DNA from: Saprospirales bacterium GYS_P2D
GTDB lineage: Bacteria; Bacteroidota; Bacteroidia; Chitinophagales; Saprospiraceae
NCBI GenBank assembly: GCA_009833045.1
Contig: WUUP01000001.1
Span: 49,440 to 113,439 of the forward strand
Reading direction: 5' to 3'
Length of the DNA stretch: 64,000 nt
Positions 8,525 to 17,803 of this stretch are shown piece by piece. Both the position numbers and the translations under genes were made by a program. Positions within the stretch are counted from its first letter, which is position 1. Each line of letters starts with the position of its first letter. A model generated the notes under the pieces. The model did not search any database and was not told the DNA's origin. It worked only from the letters and a program-made list of their open reading frames with translations.

Positions 8525-10552
8525 TTACCTCTTTTGAGGTAGATTATATATTCTTGGTACAAGTGGGCTCACTATATAGTCTTCAAACTCAAGTGTACCA
8601 AGGCATTCGAATATAGCTCCATGCTGTATATCCAGCATATCATCATCCGTCGAGAGTCCGGTAAGACTGCCTGATACTCCTACATAAAACGAAGAGCCAC
8701 TTCTCAAAAGCATCCCATCATCAGACTCCGAATAAATCATTCCCTGATTATCAAATACAACAGCTGTAGAATCTGAAGTCTCTTCCTGCTCGATGCTGTA
8801 TCCACTGATATCTGTCACATTGATATCGCCTGCATTTTCAAAAGTGGACGCATTGTAAATCCCAATATCAGCATACTGAATAAAGATCTCGCCACTATTA
8901 GTCATTACACTTTGGATACCCGGATCAATGGTCAGATTAGCAAATGCGACAGTCTCGTTATCTGCAATATTATTTTTGTATGAATCGATTTTGAAATTAT
9001 CCGGCTCTAAGTTTCCACGGATACCAGATATTACTAAGAATCCTTGGTTATAAAACTCCAGAGAATTGGCTATCCCTGCACTCACTAATGAATAAAGTAC
9101 TAAAGAGTCATTATTAGTGATAGTACCAATATTGGTCATACCAGCACCTTCGCAGTTATAAACTTCAATTTTTCCATCATTCACTATATGCCCCCCATAA
9201 TTGGCCATAGCAGGTGCACCAGTATTGACTATACTGATATCGATCAGCCCCATTGGACTATTGTAGAGACTATCATAGTTGCCTAATGCGAAATGATAGA
9301 CTCTTTCGATAATGAGTGAGTCTTGATTGGTGAAGAGACCAGCATTGAGCAATCCCCCCGCCTCAATATTATTGATCTCAATCTTACCCTCATTGTATAT
9401 TTCAGCATCTGTGGCATTATAGATACCTGATGCCGCAGCAGCTCTACAGTCATAGATAGAGATATAGCCCTCATTACTTACTAAGTGAGCGTTATAGATA
9501 CCATTTCCCATTGCATCTGAGATGAGTAAAGTATCCTGATTATTGAAGCTACCTTCATTCAGCACAGATACTCCTATCTGCGTATTATCAATTTTTATGT
9601 GTCCTTCATTATTAATGCTACCTGTAGTATATATGCCCGCTTCTTCGATGGTATCCATTTGTATATTACCTATGTTATCCAGACTATCCCAGTTCACGAT
9701 ACCGTATGGGCTCATATTCACCATCTCGATGTATCCCAGATTTTGAAGATATCCATTATTGAGTATACCATCGTGTTCACAGTCATGTAGGATGATGGCT
9801 CCCGTATTATGATTGAATATGCTATCAGAATTGGATATGGCGGCTAGGAGTTCATAGACATTAGAGATGATGATACTATCATGATTATGGATCACGGCTG
9901 AGTTATTTACACCATAGTCTCCCGCACTGTCGATGAGTATCACTCCGTGATTAGTGAGATAACTATTAGATAGATTGATCCCACTATTTTGAGAAGAATA
10001 GGCCTCGAGCCTACCATCCTCATCGATATAAAAGGATAATGGTGATCCACTGACGCCAGTACCACAGTCCTCTATGATCAGGCTACCGTCATGGACCACT
10101 GTGGCAGTCGCATAAGAAAAAAGTCCAGTAGCACTGCAGTCTCGGATAGTCAGGACAGATCTATCGAGCGTCTCAATATGACCATGATTGATAATACCTG
10201 AGCCAGTTGATCCGCTAAGTGTGATACGGCCACCATTAGATAATATACCCCTATTAAGTAAGGCGACAGTAATAGCATCGTTAATTCGTAGACGGCCGGG
10301 TATACCACTCATCAGATCTCTTTGTATTTCGAGATTACCAATATTAGTGATCTCCAGATACTTAGCTCGTGCCGTGCTATCAGGCTTGATGAAGGTATAG
10401 CCGCCTATGATCACAGAGTCATTAGCAGTGGGTACTCCCTGCGGTGACCACGCAGTGGGCTCATGCCAATCAAATCCAGGCTGCACGAGGTGCTTGGTCT
10501 GACAGAGGAGGCTGGTTGAGTACATAATCAGCAAGACAATATATTTCAACAT
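8525..10552 (-). CDS. secreted parallel beta-helix repeat protein
   Basis: 675 aa; signal peptide; dozens of degenerate about 20-aa repeats (GIYN.., N.G.I motifs) typical of right-handed beta-helix proteins; no T9SS CTD. Confidence 0.6.
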   Translation of the reverse strand: MLKYIVLLIMYSTSLLCQTKHLVQPGFDWHEPTAWSPQGVPTANDSVIIGGYTFIKPDSTARAKYLEITNIGNLEIQRDLMSGIPGRLRINDAITVALLNRGILSNGGRITLSGSTGSGIINHGHIETLDRSVLTIRDCSATGLFSYATATVVHDGSLIIEDCGTGVSGSPLSFYIDEDGRLEAYSSQNSGINLSNSYLTNHGVILIDSAGDYGVNNSAVIHNHDSIIISNVYELLAAISNSDSIFNHNTGAIILHDCEHDGILNNGYLQNLGYIEMVNMSPYGIVNWDSLDNIGNIQMDTIEEAGIYTTGSINNEGHIKIDNTQIGVSVLNEGSFNNQDTLLISDAMGNGIYNAHLVSNEGYISIYDCRAAAASGIYNATDAEIYNEGKIEINNIEAGGLLNAGLFTNQDSLIIERVYHFALGNYDSLYNSPMGLIDISIVNTGAPAMANYGGHIVNDGKIEVYNCEGAGMTNIGTITNNDSLVLYSLVSAGIANSLEFYNQGFLVISGIRGNLEPDNFKIDSYKNNIADNETVAFANLTIDPGIQSVMTNSGEIFIQYADIGIYNASTFENAGDINVTDISGYSIEQEETSDSTAVVFDNQGMIYSESDDGMLLRSGSSFYVGVSGSLTGLSTDDDMLDIQHGAIFECLGTLEFEDYIVSPLVPRIYNLPQKR

Positions 10553-10582
10553 TCTTTTAATTTTTCTAATGATTAATAAGAC

Positions 10583-13111
10583 TTAATTATCTCCGATGAT
10601 CACCGCACCTTCTCCTGTCTTGAGGACATTTCCTACTCTTTTAGTGATGATCACGGGGCCATCAGTAGGATATGCTCCTGCGTCGATATGCCATGTCTGT
10701 CCATTAGCCTGCTGATCTGCAGCACTCTCTATGTCTTGAAAAGGAGAGGAGAATAATCCATTTTCCACTGGCCCTGGGGCATCTTCATCAACCCACATAT
10801 CTGTACGTATAATATCATCACTGATCCATATCCCCCGACCATAGGTAGTGGCCACCAACTCATGGCCTCCTAAAGTCTTCTGCTGAGTAAATTGTAGTTT
10901 ACTGACCTCAGTAAAGACAGGTCCATCTGAGACATTCATGAAGTTGGGACTGACGTTCCAGTTATTGCCATTATCCTCCGTCGCCATGATGCCGAGATCC
11001 GTAGCTGCGTATAGCCATGAATTTTTAGTAGGATGCCAGACTAAATCATTGACATGAATATTTGCGATTCCATTGTCTCTGATTTCCCATTCTATTTGTG
11101 AGAGGATTAGTCTCATCACATTGAGTCCTATGATCACATTGTCATCTACATATCCGCCTATGGATATGGCTATACGATCACTGATGTTAGGATGTATGGC
11201 GATAGAAGTGATCGGCCGATCTACTGGATGCTGATAGATCTTGATAGCAGGTGCTATAGTAACGCTATCTCCTAAATATCGCCACAGGCTCCCATCAGAG
11301 TATCCTACTAAAGTCATAAATCCATCCTCACTGATAGCTATTGATGACACCTCATAAAATGAATTAGGAGGATTGTCAGGTGTGATATCTGTTACCGTTT
11401 TTTGAAGAGTGGATGTATCAAAGGCGATATGATAGACCCTCTCACCTCCCACTATGATCTGACGACCATCTGTAGGGTTCATAGCCATAGGCGCTATAAA
11501 GGGTGCAGGACTACCCTGCTCATCTTCGAGATCAAAGTAGGGTGCGAAAAGATTTAGATTGCCATGCTTAATTTCAAAATCACCATATTGGCTTGATGCA
11601 TACTGCAGGCGCTCATCTTGTCTGGATATAGCACAATATCCACCATCGCTGTAGGCCACTTTTGACCATGTAGCTCCACTATCATCAGTATAGACCGTAC
11701 CATTGTCTTGGGCTCCTGCTATAATGCGTTGAGGATTGGCACCGTCAATATCACTATCATAGTATTGGGTGATATGTAGTCCATTATTGAGTAGCTCCCA
11801 CTCAGACGTCGTAGTCACGGTAGAATAATTACTCAAAGCGGCGATCCCGCCATCATTACCTACATAGATGCGTTTATTCGCACCACTATAGTCACTGGCA
11901 GCCACTATGACATGCTGATCTGCATGGGCAGAAGAACCCAAATCATTTTGATCATGGTCACTTATAGGTGTCAAATTTGTCTCCCCTATTCGATATCGGT
12001 ATAGATCTATACCGCCTACGACGATCTGATTAGCGTCAAGTGGATCTACCCAAATGACGTTGGCATACCATCCCAGATTGCCTCGAGTAGTACTAAAAAT
12101 ACTCAATCCCGTCAGGACATCACTCCATGACAGTCCTTTGTTATAGCTTATTTTGATAGTCCCAGTAGCAGATCCCTGCAGCAAAGCATAAACCACATTC
12201 GGGTTTGATGGTGCCACGGCTACTTCTACCCTGCCAGATGAGACACCAAAGCCTGCATCCGGCCAGCTATTTCCCCCATCGACTGTATAGCGCAGGCCAT
12301 TCTCTGTGCAGATGAAGATATTGTCTTTATCACCAGGATTGACTACTATGTGGTATATCCTACCGAGTAGAGGTGCGGTATACAATAGTGTTTTAGTAGC
12401 GCCGTAGTTCTCAAATTTCCAAACTTCTCCATCACCACTATTGACTGAGGTCTTAGTTCCATTTTTACCAGCATAAAAGACACTGGGATCCGCACTATCA
12501 AAAGCGATACTTTGGACCCAATAAAAATCGTCAAAATCATCCCCTGATAGAGCCGGCACTAACTCCCAGCTATCCCCACCATCAAATGATCTAAATATTC
12601 CAGCTCCGGGAGTAGAGTTATTGGGATCATTATTAGCCGTGACGGTCTCTCCAGTGGATGCATATAGGGTATCTGGGTGCAGCGGATCTATGAGTATCGT
12701 ACCTATAGATAGACTTGGCAGAAAATCATTAAGAGGCGACCATGATGCTCCACCATTGGTACTTTTCCAGATACCACCACTTGCTGCCCCGCAATATAGT
12801 ATATCAGGATCTGTAGGATGTACGGCCAATGCTCGCACTCTCCCTCCCTCTTCATGTATATCAAGCTGTGTCCAACTACTAAGACCGCCATCTTTGAGCA
12901 TTGTACTTTTAGCGAGTCGCTGTCCAAATAAAGACTTAGCTTTCATGACTTTAGCTGGAGTATCGGTCCTTGCTCTACGCTGAGCTCTCCATTCATCTCT
13001 ACCTATAGGAGAGCTTTCATCTATAGTCTCACTTTGATCTTGGGTAATGAATAGACCTATGCTGACTACAAGAGTTATGAAAGTGATTACTATTGATTTT
13101 CTTCTGTCCAT
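10583..13111 (-). CDS. BNR/Asp-box repeat protein (sortilin/VPS10- or Ycf48/GH74-like beta-propeller), signal-anchored
   Basis: 842 aa; at least 6 Asp-box motifs S/T-x-D/N-x-G-x-S/T-W (STNGGASW, SFDGGDSW, TVDGGNSW, SYNKGLSW, TDDSGATW, TEDNGNNW). Confidence 0.7.
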   Translation of the reverse strand: MDRRKSIVITFITLVVSIGLFITQDQSETIDESSPIGRDEWRAQRRARTDTPAKVMKAKSLFGQRLAKSTMLKDGGLSSWTQLDIHEEGGRVRALAVHPTDPDILYCGAASGGIWKSTNGGASWSPLNDFLPSLSIGTILIDPLHPDTLYASTGETVTANNDPNNSTPGAGIFRSFDGGDSWELVPALSGDDFDDFYWVQSIAFDSADPSVFYAGKNGTKTSVNSGDGEVWKFENYGATKTLLYTAPLLGRIYHIVVNPGDKDNIFICTENGLRYTVDGGNSWPDAGFGVSSGRVEVAVAPSNPNVVYALLQGSATGTIKISYNKGLSWSDVLTGLSIFSTTRGNLGWYANVIWVDPLDANQIVVGGIDLYRYRIGETNLTPISDHDQNDLGSSAHADQHVIVAASDYSGANKRIYVGNDGGIAALSNYSTVTTTSEWELLNNGLHITQYYDSDIDGANPQRIIAGAQDNGTVYTDDSGATWSKVAYSDGGYCAISRQDERLQYASSQYGDFEIKHGNLNLFAPYFDLEDEQGSPAPFIAPMAMNPTDGRQIIVGGERVYHIAFDTSTLQKTVTDITPDNPPNSFYEVSSIAISEDGFMTLVGYSDGSLWRYLGDSVTIAPAIKIYQHPVDRPITSIAIHPNISDRIAISIGGYVDDNVIIGLNVMRLILSQIEWEIRDNGIANIHVNDLVWHPTKNSWLYAATDLGIMATEDNGNNWNVSPNFMNVSDGPVFTEVSKLQFTQQKTLGGHELVATTYGRGIWISDDIIRTDMWVDEDAPGPVENGLFSSPFQDIESAADQQANGQTWHIDAGAYPTDGPVIITKRVGNVLKTGEGAVIIGDN

Positions 13112-13118
13112 GGCTATC

Positions 13119-13943
13119 TTATTGTAGGTGAATCAAGACCAAAACATATCCCTCCGGACTTTCGAGAGAGGTCATGGCTTTACCAATGACAGCTCCTTTC
13201 ATTTTTCTTTTTTTAGTGGCTTTCATAGCTACACCTGGTATTGATGAACTCGTGAGTAAGTCACCTACCTTGATATCGCCATTTACATTACTCGCTGTGA
13301 CATATGTACGACCGGTGATTGTGACGAGTTCATCTCCATTAGCGATAGTCTCATCCTGCCCCATCAGTATGCCAGGCTTGATACCATTAGCTCCAGATAT
13401 CACTCCAGCTACTAATGGATCATAGGCTTTTTGACTGAGGACAAGCGCACCCTCATCTCGAGCATCTAATGATACGAGCCGCCCTGGTACTATTGCATCT
13501 TTTGGAGCATTCACTTCAAAAAGCTCCGCTACATCTGAGCCGCCATTGATCTGTAGCTCTTCTGTGATGATGCGAGCATCTCCAGAATTATTATAATTAG
13601 TCACCAGTCTGATCACATTGGTTTTATCATTCTCCTTATCACTCAGTAATATGGCTCCTCCACTTTCATTGACTTCTGAGCGTATTAGCACATTCAGATG
13701 TTGATTTTCATCGTATAGACTTATTTCTGAATCCTTCAGTGCTTTCATGACTATGTATCCTTTCTCGCTATTTGCTTGGATTCTAAAGTTGAGATCTGTC
13801 CTTAGTATGTTATTGGCTCTCAAGAGGTCCGTACTATCAGGTAATCTCAGAAACTGAAAACCACTGGTATCAATAGTATATTCTACTTGAGCCTCCAGAG
13901 ATACAGATACTATAAGTATTAGCAATAGGATTAAATTTTTCAT
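13119..13943 (-). CDS. secreted hypothetical protein
   Basis: 274 aa; signal peptide MKNLILLLILIVSVSLEAQ; 7 nt upstream of the BNR gene (operon). Confidence 0.5.
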   Translation of the reverse strand: MKNLILLLILIVSVSLEAQVEYTIDTSGFQFLRLPDSTDLLRANNILRTDLNFRIQANSEKGYIVMKALKDSEISLYDENQHLNVLIRSEVNESGGAILLSDKENDKTNVIRLVTNYNNSGDARIITEELQINGGSDVAELFEVNAPKDAIVPGRLVSLDARDEGALVLSQKAYDPLVAGVISGANGIKPGILMGQDETIANGDELVTITGRTYVTASNVNGDIKVGDLLTSSSIPGVAMKATKKRKMKGAVIGKAMTSLESPEGYVLVLIHLQ

Positions 13944-13966
13944 ATTGATTTGATTTAGATTTTGGT

Positions 13967-14197
13967 TTAATAAGAACTCAGTGGCTGCTGTAGTGATAGT
14001 ATTCCTCTCTCAAAAGCACGTCTGACCAGACCTGCAGTATTTTTAGCATCCAGTTTAGAGAGTAGATTTTTGCGATGAGAGATGGCAGTGTGCTTACTGA
14101 TGTACATTTCTCGAGCGATCTCGGCAGAGGTATACTCCAGAGAGATGAGCTCGAGTACTTCGATTTCTCGCTTGGTGAGTGTTTTAGTTGCTTCCAT
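13967..14197 (-). CDS. LuxR-family helix-turn-helix only protein (solo HTH)
   Basis: 76 aa; LTKREIEVLELISLEYTSAEIAREMYISKHTAISHRKNLLSKL = GerE/LuxR HTH; no receiver or ligand domain. Confidence 0.7.
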   Translation of the reverse strand: MEATKTLTKREIEVLELISLEYTSAEIAREMYISKHTAISHRKNLLSKLDAKNTAGLVRRAFERGILSLQQPLSSY

Positions 14198-14434
14198 TTT
14201 TCTTGTTGATTTGACATTTTTGATCGAGCCAATGATCCATATCAGTGAGCAGCTCTCGCATGATATGATTAAGTGCCGCTGATATCTGCGGATCAGACGC
14301 TTCTTCCTGATTAGTATTCATATTTGATGATTTCGTCTATAGTAAGCCACAGCCCACATAGAGCATTCAGCCAGTACGTGATATATCAAATATGAGGAAT
14401 AGCTAACGCCAAATCTGTCACCCGACTGGGTGAT

Positions 14435-15043
14435 TTAGACTGTTATTTTTTTGACCACAGAGAGTCTATCGTGGACATCAAGCTTTGAGAATATCCGCTT
14501 GACGTGAGTTTTGATAGTATTCACAGAGACATAGTGTCGCTCTGCGATCTGCCGATTGTTGAGTCCATCGACGATATCCATTAGCACATCGTATTCTTTC
14601 TCACTCAGAGGTGAGTGAGCGTAGCTATTGACATAGTCGATACTTAGTTCTTTCTGCTTGAGATCACTGGTATGATTGAATATTGCAGTCTCTATGGTAG
14701 TCATCAGATCTCTATCCTTGAATGGCTTGACAAGATAGCCCCTGGGTCGAGTGACTTTAGCTCGTGAGAGTGTATCCCGATCGCTCAGAGAGCTGAGATA
14801 GACGAATGGTATTTGGTATTTTTCATTGATGATCTCAGCGACCTCTATACCATCTCGAGTCCCTCGGATATTGATATCAAGGAGTACCATATCTGGCCGC
14901 CCTCTATAGATAGCATCCAGCGCCGACTCACTATCATAACAGATACCTGCCACGTCGTATCCGAGATCTATGAGTACATCATGGAGATCCTCTGCGATGA
15001 GTACCTCGTCCTCTACGATGAGGATTTTATAGTTATCACTCAT
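14435..15043 (-). CDS. two-component response regulator, REC + LuxR-type HTH
   Basis: start moved to ATG at 15043 (MSDNYKILIVEDE), 8-nt overlap with the kinase stop; C-terminal LSEKEYDVL..NRQIAERHYVSVNTIKTHVKRIFSKL HTH. Confidence 0.8.
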   Translation of the reverse strand: MSDNYKILIVEDEVLIAEDLHDVLIDLGYDVAGICYDSESALDAIYRGRPDMVLLDINIRGTRDGIEVAEIINEKYQIPFVYLSSLSDRDTLSRAKVTRPRGYLVKPFKDRDLMTTIETAIFNHTSDLKQKELSIDYVNSYAHSPLSEKEYDVLMDIVDGLNNRQIAERHYVSVNTIKTHVKRIFSKLDVHDRLSVVKKITV

Positions 15044-16943
15044 CGGTGACAGGTTTAGCCAGTTCGAAATCTCTAATATCAAAACTCACCAAAGTCCGAC
15101 CTTTAGTCTCCCACTTAGTATGAGCCTGTAGTCGATTTGCAAATGAACGGATGAGGCGCATACCCAGAGAGCCCGCAGGGAGACTATCGATATCAAAGCC
15201 ACTGCCATTATCCTCGTATCTGAGCTGTAGACTATCCGCTGCTTGGCGCAAAGTGACGGCTATTTTAGGATCACTTTGTTGACCAAATGCGTATTTCAGT
15301 GAATTAGTGATGAGCTCATTGATGATCAGTCCGATTGGCACTACAGTATCCACATCCAAATGGATACTATCGACATCTATATCGACCGCTACTTTATCCT
15401 CTCCGACCTGATAGTTATCGACTAATTCTCCAGTGAGCTGTGATAGATAATCATGCATGTTAATACCACGGAGATTACCATCCTGATAGAGATTTTGATG
15501 GATGAGTGCCATAGATCGTACCCGATCTTGGCCCTCGAGTAGGACTCGCTGAGTGATCTCATCATCGATACTCCGAGATTGCAGCTTTAGTAGGCTGGAT
15601 ATGACTTGTAAATTGTTTTTTACTCGATGGTGTATCTCCTTTAATAGCGCTTCATTCTCTTGATTCTTTTGATTGATGGCCTTCTTCTGCTGCCAAAGGC
15701 GATAGGCCAGCCCCGCCAGCAATGCCAAGACTCCTGCCAAACCAATAAGTCCCCATTGCTGCTGGCGTAGCCGAGTCTGCTTGAGTTCATCCTCAAGGGC
15801 CAAGCGCTTTATTTCGGCTTCTTTCTTTTCGGTTTCGTACTTGACCTGCGCATTGTTCACTTCTTCTCTTATCTCTTTAGTGAGTATAGAGTCGGTGAGC
15901 TCTCCATGAGACTTTGAGAGTTCGTATGCCTTAGCATATTGACGATTGCCTGCATAGGCCTTTGACAGATTGACTAAGATTGCATTTTCAAGTTCGAGAT
16001 TTTTAGTCTCTCTCGCTATATCCAGACTGGGCTGCAGTATGTTGATTGCCTCAGTATATTTCTCTTCTAATAGGTAAAGCCTACTGAGCTGACTACTCGT
16101 ACGAGCTATGCGGATCTGATTATTCATAGATCGATACATCTCGAGTGCCTTCTCCAGATAATGCCTGGCAGAATCTCGCTGCTCGATGTCTACATAGTTG
16201 AGACCAAGATTACCATAAGCAAAAGCCTCTAAATAGGGATCTTCATGCTCGATACTCCCGACTATGGCACGCTTAAAAAGTGGAATAGATCTATCAAAAG
16301 AATCTAACATACTATAGCCTGTGGCCATACTGGCCAGATTTCTCAGCGCTGATCCATGATCTCCGGCTCTTGTATTGTACTCGTAGGCCTTTTCATAATA
16401 TTGGAGCGATTGATCATTTCGCTGAATGTAGCGCATTACATTTCCTAATGAGTTATAGCAGCCACCCATTCTACCATAATCCTCATATCTGCTCAAAGTA
16501 TCTAAGGTCACCAAAAGCAACTCTGCCGCCTCGTCATATTGCGCTATTTTATAAAGGCACAGTGCCTTTCGGTGGTTAAAGTCGCACCTGTCTGTATAGT
16601 TCAATGAAGTCACCTCAGGATCATCCAATATACGATCAACCCTATCGAGTGAAGCCTCCACATCTCCATTGACATAGCGGATATTACTCAATGCCATATT
16701 ATAGTCTATCCATAGTCGATTGAGTGTACTTGAGTCTACTCGGCTTCGGGCTTGCTCGATATAGATATTAGCACTATCCATAGAAGTATTCTTGTAGGCA
16801 TTGGCCAGTCGTATCTGAGCATCCAGTCTGGCAGAGTCGGATGAAGCTATCTCTATCGATAGCTTGAGCGAATCTATCACCCCAGACTGTCCGAGCAGCC
16901 AGAAGCTATTTATGACCAACAATATGCAAAGACTAATCCTCAT
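15036..16943 (-). CDS. sensor histidine kinase with periplasmic TPR-repeat sensor domain
   Basis: 635 aa; signal peptide, about 370 aa of TPR-like repeats, TM (WGLIGLAGVLALLAGLA), coiled coil, H-box EIHHRVKNNLQVISSLL (HisKA_2-type), HATPase_c with G-box (DNGSGF). Confidence 0.75.
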   Translation of the reverse strand: MRISLCILLVINSFWLLGQSGVIDSLKLSIEIASSDSARLDAQIRLANAYKNTSMDSANIYIEQARSRVDSSTLNRLWIDYNMALSNIRYVNGDVEASLDRVDRILDDPEVTSLNYTDRCDFNHRKALCLYKIAQYDEAAELLLVTLDTLSRYEDYGRMGGCYNSLGNVMRYIQRNDQSLQYYEKAYEYNTRAGDHGSALRNLASMATGYSMLDSFDRSIPLFKRAIVGSIEHEDPYLEAFAYGNLGLNYVDIEQRDSARHYLEKALEMYRSMNNQIRIARTSSQLSRLYLLEEKYTEAINILQPSLDIARETKNLELENAILVNLSKAYAGNRQYAKAYELSKSHGELTDSILTKEIREEVNNAQVKYETEKKEAEIKRLALEDELKQTRLRQQQWGLIGLAGVLALLAGLAYRLWQQKKAINQKNQENEALLKEIHHRVKNNLQVISSLLKLQSRSIDDEITQRVLLEGQDRVRSMALIHQNLYQDGNLRGINMHDYLSQLTGELVDNYQVGEDKVAVDIDVDSIHLDVDTVVPIGLIINELITNSLKYAFGQQSDPKIAVTLRQAADSLQLRYEDNGSGFDIDSLPAGSLGMRLIRSFANRLQAHTKWETKGRTLVSFDIRDFELAKPVTDE

Positions 16944-17115
16944 GGCTCCAAAATAGTCAAATCAAGCTGTAAACTCTGTCTCATAGGTCGATATATCATA
17001 AGAGGTAAATATGATGAGTTCATTGTCATTCTTTGTCACCCACATGGGTGAATCTGAGAGTAAGATCTTCAAGGAGAATGATTATTTTACATCCAAAGAT
17101 TAAAACCAAAACAAG

Positions 17116-17694
17116 ATGAAATATAGATTCCTGATTATAGTTGCCACGTTCTCTCTGGCACTCATATCCTGTGACCAAGAAGGACATAATCATGACCATA
17201 CCCACGAGTATCATAAAAAAGTAATACCTGAAAAAATCAACTATGGAGCACGCTTAGATTCGCTGGAGATAGAGCTCTACCCTGCTCCTCCTCCCGTAGC
17301 GAGCTATGTCAATGTCACCCAAGCAGGAAACACACTGTATCTGGCAGGTAAAGGACCGAATATCCCTGAAGGTGGTTATGTCACTGGAAAGGTCGGACAA
17401 GATCTTACAATAGAAGAAGGCTATGAGGCTGCTCGTCTCGCTGCCATCGCCCAGCTCTCTGTACTTAAAGCGTATCTGGGTGATCTCAATAAAGTCAAGC
17501 GTATCCTGAAGGTGACAGGTATGGTCAACTGTACTTCGGACTTTACTAATCAGCCAGAAGTGGTAAATGGATTTTCTGATACGATGGTAGCAGTATTCGG
17601 AGAGAGGGGTAAGCATGCACGATCGGCAGTAGGTATGGGCTCGCTCCCTCGCAATATCGCTGTGGAGGTCGAGATGATTGTAGAGGTCTACTGA
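17116..17694 (+). CDS. RidA/YjgF/L-PSP family protein with lipoprotein signal and His-rich linker
   Basis: 192 aa; [22 protein letters not shown] then RidA-like core (..[30 protein letters not shown]). Confidence 0.65.
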   Translation: MKYRFLIIVATFSLALISCDQEGHNHDHTHEYHKKVIPEKINYGARLDSLEIELYPAPPPVASYVNVTQAGNTLYLAGKGPNIPEGGYVTGKVGQDLTIEEGYEAARLAAIAQLSVLKAYLGDLNKVKRILKVTGMVNCTSDFTNQPEVVNGFSDTMVAVFGERGKHARSAVGMGSLPRNIAVEVEMIVEVY

Positions 17695-17803
17695 TCGGAG
17701 CTGAGTCTGAAGTGAATAAGAAACGAATCAAAGCCCCTCTATCCTGTATTTTGGCCAGCGATTCTATCGTCGGATTATATTTTTTTAGAAAAACACTATC
17801 GCT

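Noticed and set aside
13978-14232. 84-aa ORF overlapping the LuxR HTH gene in another frame
   Set aside because: Its translation is Ser/Lys-rich with no recognisable domain. The overlapping 76-aa frame has a textbook LuxR HTH.
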